Positions 56,902 to 64,000 of a stretch of DNA of 64,000 nt are shown here, piece by piece. The position numbers and the translations under genes are program-made. Source of the stretch: a bacterium (lineage in GTDB: Bacteria > Bacillota > SLNR01 > JBMNPB01); assembly GCA_050943375.1 (NCBI GenBank), contig JBMNPB010000007.1, positions 24,163-88,162 on the forward strand. Direction: 5' to 3'. The stretch's first letter is position 1; each line of letters starts with the position of its first letter. Under the pieces are notes generated by a model, which saw only the letters and a program-made list of their open reading frames with translations, did no database searches and was not told the DNA's origin.

Positions 56902-57759
56902 CTAGTCCCGCAGCAGATCACTGACGAACTGCGGCAGGACAAACGCGGCTTGGTGCAATTCCGGCGTATAATAACGCAAGGCGCCGACGTCTCCGGTGTC
57001 AGGAGCGGCCGCGAGCGGGTCGTATCGTTTGGAACCGAGGACAAAGCTCCACATGCCGCTCTGGTATGTGGGAATATGGGCGAGATAAAACCGGGTGACC
57101 GGGAACGCCGTCGCGACGCTCCGGTTAATCCGCCGCAGCAATTCCTGATTGTACCAGGGGGATTCCGACTGGGCGACGAACAGGCCGTCCGGTTTCAGCG
57201 CCCGGTATACGGACCGGTAAAAATCACCGGTGAACAGCCCGGTCGCCGGGCCTTCCGGATCAGGCGCGTCAACGATAATAACATCGTATTCTCCGGCTAA
57301 TGTGCCCACATAAGCCACCCCGTCTTCGTGCCGGATATTGACCCGGGGGTCGGTAAGACCCGAGCTGGCTTCCGGCAGATACTCCCGACTGACCGCGCAC
57401 ACCCGCTCATCCAGTTCGCACAGTTCGACCTGCCGGACCGCCGGGTGCTTGAGCACTTCCCGCACCGTACCGCCGTCGCCCCCGCCGACGATGAGCACTT
57501 TCTCCGGTCGCGGGTGCGTAAACAAAGGTACATGGGAAATCATTTCGTGGTACACAAATTCATCGGCCCGGGTCAGCTGAATAACGCCGTCCAGCAGCAG
57601 CACCCGGCCGTATTCATAAGTATCAATCACCAATATGTCCTGAAATTGCGATTTCTCGCGGTGCAGGATTGCTTTGACGCGCAATCCGAGGGTAACATCC
57701 ATCCGACCGTTCTCCGACAATTGCTTTTCGGTAAACCAGATGTCCGCCAATCTCTTCAC
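56902..57759 (-). CDS. speE: spermidine synthase
   Basis: The 285-aa ORF starts MKRLADIWFTE and has VLIVGGGDGG and DVIIVDAPDPEGPA motifs. Confidence 0.85.
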   Translation of the reverse strand: MKRLADIWFTEKQLSENGRMDVTLGLRVKAILHREKSQFQDILVIDTYEYGRVLLLDGVIQLTRADEFVYHEMISHVPLFTHPRPEKVLIVGGGDGGTVREVLKHPAVRQVELCELDERVCAVSREYLPEASSGLTDPRVNIRHEDGVAYVGTLAGEYDVIIVDAPDPEGPATGLFTGDFYRSVYRALKPDGLFVAQSESPWYNQELLRRINRSVATAFPVTRFYLAHIPTYQSGMWSFVLGSKRYDPLAAAPDTGDVGALRYYTPELHQAAFVLPQFVSDLLRD

Positions 57760-57992
57760 CTCCGCTGCGGCATAACGCCATCAGTTTGTCTTCTTTTCGC
57801 TTGCATTATACCATCTTTTCCTCCGGGTCACAAGAAAGGCGCGGCGGCTGCGTCCCAGCCGGACGCCGCGGCGGCAAAAGCAGCTGTCATGCATTAACGG
57901 CGGCGGAAAGGCAATAATAAGAGTGCAATATTTGCCAATCTTCTGCTTCCGCCGCCGGCTAAGACAGCACCGAAGTTAAGGAGGTATCGACC

Positions 57993-60242
57993 GTGCCGGG
58001 CAGAAAAGAACGCAAGAATAAAACAGGGCAGCGCCGGCTGAAGGCGACGGGCCCGTTGCTTGCCGTCCTCGCGGTGGCGGCGCTCGCCGTCGTCATTGTC
58101 TCCGTCGGGCTGCTCAGCCTCGCGGCCGCACCCGAGCCGGTCGTGCCGCTGGCCTCCCGCTTCTACGACATCGATCAGAATCTGATTACGACCGTCTCCG
58201 TCGAAAACCGGATTGAACTGCCCCTGGCCAAGATTCCGCAGCAAATGCGGGACGCCGTGATTGCTATCGAGGATGAACGGTTCTACACCCATCATGGCTT
58301 CGACCTGATCGGCATCGCCCGCTCCACCGTCCGCAATCTGACGGCCGGACGCATCGTGCAGGGGGCAAGCACTATCACTCAACAGCTCGCGCGCAACGTC
58401 TTTCTCACCCACGAAGTGACCTTTACGCGCAAAATCAAGGAAATCTTCCTCGCCCTGCAGCTGGAGCGAAAGTATACGAAAGAGCAGATTCTGGAAATGT
58501 ATCTGAATACGATTTATTTCGGGCACGGCGCTTACGGCGTCGAAGTGGCCGCCCGGACATTCTTCAACGCGGGAGTGAGCGATCTCTCCCTGGCGGAGAC
58601 TGCTTTTCTGGCCGGTCTGCCCCGCGGGCCATCCTATTATTCCCCGTATTCTCATTTCGACCGGGCGAAGGAGCGACAGGAAGTCATCCTCAACCAGATG
58701 GCAGCTCTCGGCTACATCAGCCAGACGGAGGCGGACACCGCCAAAGCGGCGGAAATTGCCATTGCCGACAAACGGACCCAGGCGAAGACGGGAGCTTATT
58801 TCATTGATCACATCGTCCGCTACATTACCGACAAATATCCGGAAGGGGCGGACATGGTCTACCGGGAAGGGCTGGAAATCTACACAACAATGGATCTCGA
58901 ACTCCAGGCAGCGGCAGATAAGGCATTCGCCGCCGGCCTCCCGGCCGGCGCACCGGACGCGGCCGGCGTGGTGCAGCCGCAGGGCGCCCTCGTCGCCATC
59001 GACCCGAAGACAGGCTATGTGAAGGCGCTGATCGGCGGCCGGGATATCAACAATACCAAGCTGAACCGGGCCGTCCAGTCCTTCCGGCAGCCCGGCTCGG
59101 CTTTCAAACCTTTCGTCTATACGGCGGCCATCGACTCGGGCGCATTCACGGCCGCCACCATGTATCGCTGCGAACCGACGACCTTCACTTTCGACAATCA
59201 GATCTGGGAACCCACCGATTACGGCAGCGAGAAATTTCATTACGCCGACCTGACCTTACGGGACGCGCTGCGGATTTCCGACAATATTGTCAGCGCCAAG
59301 CTGATGCAGGCGGTCACTCCGGCCCGGGCCGTCGAATATGCCCGCCGGATGGGCATCAAGAGCGAGCTGCGGCCGCACCTTTCTCTCGTCCTCGGCACTT
59401 CGGAAGTTTCACCGCTGGAAATGGCGGCGGGGTATTGTCCTCTTGCCAACGGCGGCTACCGGGTCGAACCGCTCTTCGTGCTCCAGATCAAGAACCGGAA
59501 CGGCAAAGTTTTGGAAGATAACCATCCCCGGCTGACGAAAATACTCGATGAGCGTACGGCCTATATCGTCACCGATATGCTCAAAGGCGTCGTCCGGCCC
59601 GGCGGAACGGCCGCCGGCGTCGCCGGCCGGCTCAGCCGCCCCGCCGCCGGCAAGACCGGCTCAACGGACAATTATGTTGACGCCTGGTTCATCGGATACA
59701 CTCCCGACCTTGTCATGAGCGTCTATGCCGGCCATGACAACCCGGCGAACGCCATCGGCCGCGGCGGCGGCTCCGTCGGAGCACCGATTTTCGCGGCCGC
59801 CGTCCAGGAAGGAATGGCGGATGTGCCGGCTAACGATTTTCCCCGCCCGGCCGGTATCATCGATGTGAATATCGATCCGACCACCGGCTTCCTGGCCGGA
59901 CCTTTCTGCCCGGAAACACGGACGGAGATATTCCTCGCCGGCACCGAACCCCGGGAAGTCTGCCCTGTCCACACTATCTTCGACCTGCCCGGGCAGATTT
60001 TCGACCCGGATTTGTTAAACCGGCCCGGCTTCCAGGCGCCGCCCGAGCCGGACGGGAATGAGACGGAGACGGAAGACGAGGACGGAGAGTCCGATGAAGA
60101 CCCGGCCGCCGAACCGCCCGCTCAGGGCTTCGCCCCGGGCGAACCGCCGCTGGCGCCGGCGGCTAACCCGACGGAAGACACTGCCCGGGAAACGGAACCG
60201 GCCGAGCCGGCGGAGAACGGACAGCAGGGATTAATGGACTGA
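57993..60242 (+). CDS. class A penicillin-binding protein (PBP1A-type; glycosyltransferase plus transpeptidase)
   Basis: The start is GTG, preceded by AAGGAGG 9 nt upstream. The protein has a TM anchor, GT51 motifs (EDERFYTHHGFD, RKIKE), the transpeptidase motifs SAFKP/SDN/KTGS, and a Pro/Glu-rich acidic tail. Confidence 0.85.
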   Translation: MPGRKERKNKTGQRRLKATGPLLAVLAVAALAVVIVSVGLLSLAAAPEPVVPLASRFYDIDQNLITTVSVENRIELPLAKIPQQMRDAVIAIEDERFYTHHGFDLIGIARSTVRNLTAGRIVQGASTITQQLARNVFLTHEVTFTRKIKEIFLALQLERKYTKEQILEMYLNTIYFGHGAYGVEVAARTFFNAGVSDLSLAETAFLAGLPRGPSYYSPYSHFDRAKERQEVILNQMAALGYISQTEADTAKAAEIAIADKRTQAKTGAYFIDHIVRYITDKYPEGADMVYREGLEIYTTMDLELQAAADKAFAAGLPAGAPDAAGVVQPQGALVAIDPKTGYVKALIGGRDINNTKLNRAVQSFRQPGSAFKPFVYTAAIDSGAFTAATMYRCEPTTFTFDNQIWEPTDYGSEKFHYADLTLRDALRISDNIVSAKLMQAVTPARAVEYARRMGIKSELRPHLSLVLGTSEVSPLEMAAGYCPLANGGYRVEPLFVLQIKNRNGKVLEDNHPRLTKILDERTAYIVTDMLKGVVRPGGTAAGVAGRLSRPAAGKTGSTDNYVDAWFIGYTPDLVMSVYAGHDNPANAIGRGGGSVGAPIFAAAVQEGMADVPANDFPRPAGIIDVNIDPTTGFLAGPFCPETRTEIFLAGTEPREVCPVHTIFDLPGQIFDPDLLNRPGFQAPPEPDGNETETEDEDGESDEDPAAEPPAQGFAPGEPPLAPAANPTEDTARETEPAEPAENGQQGLMD

Positions 60243-60346
60243 TTCCGGCGGACCGGAGAAATTAGCAAATGAGAACGGGACGGAACTCCGATAAAAACCG
60301 GGCGCAGGGAACTGTTTCCAAAGCCGCGCAACGTCCAACAAGACTT

Positions 60347-60382
60347 AAAAAGAGACAGCTCTTTGCAGGCTGTCTCTTTTTC
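60347..60382. terminator. bidirectional rho-independent terminator between the PBP1A and carboxyltransferase genes
   Basis: AAAA-agagacagc-tctttgcag-gctgtctct-TTTTT. The stem is a perfect 9 bp. Confidence 0.6.
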
Positions 60383-60398
60383 GTCGTCTCAATGCGGC

Positions 60399-61802
60399 TC
60401 AGGCCGGATACCAGATGGTGTCGCCTTGAGCGGCGGCTTCGTCAACGAGACTGAAGTCGACTTCATATTTACCGGAAAGGCGCTCACGGAGAAATTTTTC
60501 GGCCACAGCCGGGAAGAGAGCGTAAGTGAGTACATCTTCATCTTTCTGGACAAAGGGAGCGGCTTCTTTCGCCGCCTGCTCCATCCCGGGCGCCAGCAAG
60601 TCGGCCGGGCGGACCGTGACCAGCGGCTCGTCGCCGATAATCTTCCGGACGATGGCCTCGTCGATGGCCGCCGGCGGCCGTCCGTACAAACCGCGCACAT
60701 ACGCTTTGACTTCGTTCGGAATCATCTTGTAGCGCTCACCCGTAATCACATTAACGACCGCCTGCGTCCCCACGATTTGGCTCGTGGGAGTAACAAGTGG
60801 CGGATAGCCGAGTTCGGCGCGCACCCGGGGCACTTCTTCCAGCACCGCGGGCAGTTTGGCAAGGGAATTGCTTTCGGACAGCTGCGAGACGAGGTTGGAG
60901 ACCATGCCGCCGGGAATCTGATAGAAAAGGACGTTAGTATCGACGCCGATGACGTCTTTCCGGTCGTACCGCCCGAGCATTTCCCGGAAATAGGCGGCGA
61001 TTTCCGCCAGTAAAGCCGGGTCAAGGCCGGTGTCATACGGCGTGTCGCGTAGCACGGCCGCCATTGTTTCCGTCGGCGGCTGGGACGTCCCCAGGGCCAG
61101 CGGTGAAAAAGCCGTGTCAAGCACATCAGCACCGGCTTCGACCGCTTTCAGATAAGCCATCGACGCCATTCCGCTCGTGTAGTGGCTGTGCACTTGAACC
61201 GGCAATCCCACTTCTTTTTTCAGACGGGAGACGAATTCCGCCGCCACCGCCGGAGTGATGAGGCCGGCCATGTCTTTGATGCAAAGAGAATCAGCTCCCA
61301 TCGCCGCGAGCGTCTTTGCCATCTCGACAAAGCTGTCGATGGCGTGGACCGGGCTGATCGTGTAAACAATACTGGCCTGGACATGAGCGCCTTGCCGTTT
61401 CGCTTCGTCCATCGAGACTTCCATGTTACGGACATCGTTCAAAGCATCGAAAATCCGTATGATATCAATGCCGTTCCGCACCGCCGCCTTGACAAATTCC
61501 CTTACCACATCGTCAGGATAATGCTTATAACCCACCAGATTCTGGCCGCGCAAAAGCATCTGGAGCGGAGTTTGCTTGAACGCCTTTTTCAGGGCCTGCA
61601 GACGCTCCCACGGGTCTTCGTCCAGAAAGCGGAGGCAGGCGTCAAATGTCGCCCCGCCCCAGACCTCCAGGGAATGGAATCCGACTTGATCGATTTTCGC
61701 CGCGATTGGCAGCATATCGGCGCTTCTCATCCGGGTGGCCAACAGTGACTGATGGCCATCCCGCAATGTGGTATCAGTAATCTTAACCGTGGATACGGAC
61801 AT
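60399..61802 (-). CDS. carboxyltransferase (5S) subunit: oxaloacetate decarboxylase alpha / pyruvate carboxylase subunit B-like, without biotinyl domain
   Basis: The 467-aa ORF reads MSVSTVKITDTTLRDGHQSLLATRM, a TIM-barrel carboxyltransferase with metal ligands. It ends ...DTIWYPA and lacks the C-terminal AMKM biotin-carrier domain. Confidence 0.8.
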   Translation of the reverse strand: MSVSTVKITDTTLRDGHQSLLATRMRSADMLPIAAKIDQVGFHSLEVWGGATFDACLRFLDEDPWERLQALKKAFKQTPLQMLLRGQNLVGYKHYPDDVVREFVKAAVRNGIDIIRIFDALNDVRNMEVSMDEAKRQGAHVQASIVYTISPVHAIDSFVEMAKTLAAMGADSLCIKDMAGLITPAVAAEFVSRLKKEVGLPVQVHSHYTSGMASMAYLKAVEAGADVLDTAFSPLALGTSQPPTETMAAVLRDTPYDTGLDPALLAEIAAYFREMLGRYDRKDVIGVDTNVLFYQIPGGMVSNLVSQLSESNSLAKLPAVLEEVPRVRAELGYPPLVTPTSQIVGTQAVVNVITGERYKMIPNEVKAYVRGLYGRPPAAIDEAIVRKIIGDEPLVTVRPADLLAPGMEQAAKEAAPFVQKDEDVLTYALFPAVAEKFLRERLSGKYEVDFSLVDEAAAQGDTIWYPA

Positions 61803-62075
61803 GTTCTACCTCCTTCTTTCTCGAAATTGTTAAGCCTTGAGCCTGATTTCAATACGGAGCATTTCGCCTGAGTGTACTTATATGTAATATTTGACATCCC
61901 GGCCGGCTTCCCTGCCACCCGCCCCGATTAATGAAACCGACCGGGACGCGATATCCACTGTCATTGTATGGACAGCGGCAGTAATTGGCGATACTCATAG
62001 CTTGCCCCGCCCCGCCGCCGCTCTATCCCGGCGGAAAATAAAGAAGCCGGCTGTCCGCCGGTCATCCTTTTCGTC

Positions 62076-63518
62076 TCAGCCTGTCTCCTCCACCGCGGTT
62101 CCCGCCGTCCGGTCCTTGTCGCGCAGACGGCTGACGGTCAGAACGCCGAGCAGGGAAACCGCTGCCACCAGAAGATACACTTCGCCGAAAGCCCGCTGCA
62201 GCGCCGCCGCTTCTCCCGCCGCCGGCAGGGCAGCCGCGTAACGGGCCGTCCGCGTCTGCAGCAGGCTGCCGAGCACGGCGGCGCTCGCCACCGAGCCGCC
62301 AAAGCGAATCATATTGTACAGGCCGGAAGAAACGCCGGTTTTTGCCGGCGGGCTCGCTTCGATAACGCCGCTTGTCAGCGGCGAGGTTATAATGCCAATG
62401 CCTAATCCGCCGATTGCCAGACGCAGAAGCAGCGACCATTCCGGTGTGGCGGAATTGATTCCGGACAGCAAGAAAAAAGCGGCGGCGGAAATGGACAGCC
62501 CGGCAACGGCCGGAGGCCGCTTGCCGAACCGGTCCGCGAGCCAGCCGCCCAAAGGGGAGGCAGCTGCCTGGGTCAGGGAATAAGCGACGAGGAAAAGGCC
62601 CGTGTTGGCCGTGGTGTATCCGCGGACGTTCTGGAGAAAAACGGGCATCAGCAAAGTGACGGCGTAAACCGAAAACATCTGGATGAAACCCCCAAAGGTT
62701 GCCGCCGTGAACGTCGGATTCGTGAACAAAGAAAGATCAACCATCGGCTGCGGGAAGCGCTTCTCCGTCCGCAAAAAGGCAAGGAAGAAAACGAGGAAAA
62801 CAGCAAGCAGAGCCCCGATCCGCGCCGACAGCAGCCCATAAGAACGTGTCTGAGTCACGGCGAGCAGAAGAGCGAACATACTGACCGTGAGAGCGGCCGC
62901 CCCCATATAGTCGAAGCGGCGCTCCCCCGCCTCCCCTTTCACCTCGCGGAGAATCAAAACCGCCGGCAGCAATCCGATGAGACCGACCGGAATATTCACA
63001 TAGAAGATCGCCCGCCAGCTGGTATATTGGACGAGGTAACCGCCGACGGTCGGGCCGATAACCGCCCCGAATGCGGCCGTCCCGCCCCAGATACCCATGA
63101 CTCGGCCGCGCTGGTTCGCCGGGAAAACGGCGTTCACGAGAGACATCCCGTTTGGCAGGATGGCCGCTGCCCCCACGGCCTGAATAACCCGGAACAAAAG
63201 CAGGGGAACGAAAGAACGGGCGAAGCCGGCGCAGCAGGCGCCGGCGATAAAGACGAGCATACCGGCGAGAAAGAGGCGCCGGCGGCCGTACAGATCGCCG
63301 AGGCGCCCGCAGATGGGCATGAGGACCGAATAAGGCAGCATATAGCCGGTCACCAGCCACGTCAGCACATCGAGGGGAAGACCGAATTCCCGCATCAGAG
63401 TCGGCAGGGCGATGTTGACCATGCTGGAATTCAGTACCGTCAGGAAAGTTCCAATAAGAGCGGTTGCGAGTACCCAATTGCCGTAAGACAACTGCTCATG
63501 CTCAGCCGCCAATACCAA
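62076..63518 (-). CDS. MFS transporter, DHA2 (EmrB/QacA) drug-efflux subfamily
   Basis: The 480-aa ORF has about 14 TM segments and DHA2 motifs (LDVLTWLVTGYMLPYSVLMPICGRLGDLYGRR). Confidence 0.8.
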   Translation of the reverse strand: MVLAAEHEQLSYGNWVLATALIGTFLTVLNSSMVNIALPTLMREFGLPLDVLTWLVTGYMLPYSVLMPICGRLGDLYGRRRLFLAGMLVFIAGACCAGFARSFVPLLLFRVIQAVGAAAILPNGMSLVNAVFPANQRGRVMGIWGGTAAFGAVIGPTVGGYLVQYTSWRAIFYVNIPVGLIGLLPAVLILREVKGEAGERRFDYMGAAALTVSMFALLLAVTQTRSYGLLSARIGALLAVFLVFFLAFLRTEKRFPQPMVDLSLFTNPTFTAATFGGFIQMFSVYAVTLLMPVFLQNVRGYTTANTGLFLVAYSLTQAAASPLGGWLADRFGKRPPAVAGLSISAAAFFLLSGINSATPEWSLLLRLAIGGLGIGIITSPLTSGVIEASPPAKTGVSSGLYNMIRFGGSVASAAVLGSLLQTRTARYAAALPAAGEAAALQRAFGEVYLLVAAVSLLGVLTVSRLRDKDRTAGTAVEETG

Positions 63519-64000
63519 TCCCCCCTTCTTCCTCCCGTTGCCTCGGTTCCCGTACCCCGGCCGCCTGATTTCTGCGAACGGACCGCAGCCATTCGCACTC
63601 CAACGTGACCGAGCGGATAATCAGGTCACGCATTGCCCAAGCGTAAAAACCGGGCTTTCCTTCGCTGTTTTTGATTTTCTCCGACCTTTCCCGCATCTCG
63701 TCCAGTTTTTTCTGCAACTGCTTCAGGCGGGAAGAAATCAGATTATCCCGCTCTTGTTCGAACAGATAGCCAAAAAAACAAATTTAAGCATAAATTCGTT
63801 CGTTGTGTTCCGGTCGACCCGGCTGGCCGTCTCCGTATCCAGCAGCCAGGCGCGCAGCACCGCCTCGCCTTTTTCCGTCAGGCGGAACGTTTTCCGCCGC
63901 GGAGCGTTCCTATTGCCGCCCTGATTAGTGCTGATGCAGCCGTTGTCCGCCAATTTGCGCAGAGCCGGATAAAGCGAACCGTAACTCACTTTCCAGAACA
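63502..64000 (-). pseudogene. PadR-family regulator split by a frameshift in a T7 (A7) homopolymer; the N-terminus lies beyond the window edge
   Basis: The 83-aa and 71-aa ORFs are adjacent in different frames. Translation across 63773-63779 (aaaaaaa) in the alternative frame joins ...TNEFMLKF with FFGYLFEQERDNLISSRLKQLQKKLDEMRE..., a continuous PadR-like C-terminus. This is either a genuine pseudogene or slippage site, or a sequencing error. Confidence 0.45.

Overview
This 64-kb window is visibly GC-rich and almost entirely transcribed on the minus strand. It looks like chromosome from an endospore-forming Firmicute. The evidence is clear Spo0A and Spo0F orthologs and a Bacillus-like syntenic block, rpmE-rho-tal-glpX-fba-(ywjG-like)-spo0F, at 82..6293. 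The next stretch (6.6-24.8 kb) holds an MFS transporter, a monocistronic orphan fliG, ctpA, a tandem-Walker-A ATPase, a selenocysteine-containing peroxiredoxin, a CotS-like kinase, spo0A, a cadC/cadA-type metal efflux pair, and a TetR-controlled RND/MFP/TolC-like efflux operon. The ORF caller split the peroxiredoxin because the peroxidatic Cys codon is an in-frame TGA (FTFV-U-PTE). The peroxiredoxin also has a SECIS-like hairpin, a PerR/Fur-like operator and its own terminator. A cell-envelope island follows at 25.4-35 kb: csaB, two glycosyltransferases, an epimerase, a MurJ-like flippase, a Wzy/WaaL-like gene and a 668-aa membrane protein. Beyond it lie a stand-alone HD-GYP gene and two giant acidic surface proteins of 933 and 959 aa, each with Ig-like repeats and C-terminal copper-amine-oxidase-N-type wall domains. 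The surface-protein genes sit among unusually large non-coding islands at about 36.5-37.6, 40.4-42.6, 45.4-46.8, 47.5-47.9 and 52.2-53.8 kb. These islands contain two dispersed repeat families with more than a dozen copies, a roughly 160-bp tandem array of about four units, and nested hairpins. The remainder is housekeeping: Yip1, sppA, an HxlR regulator divergent from a racemase, DUF488, a GHL hydrolase, an MBL hydrolase, rpoE (delta), a PurM-like protein, speB-speE, a class A PBP, a biotin-domain-less carboxyltransferase, a DHA2 MFS transporter and a frameshifted PadR at the window edge. No CRISPR array, rRNA, tRNA or intact transposase was seen. The most notable items are the selenoprotein peroxiredoxin and the repeat-rich non-coding islands around the surface-protein genes.
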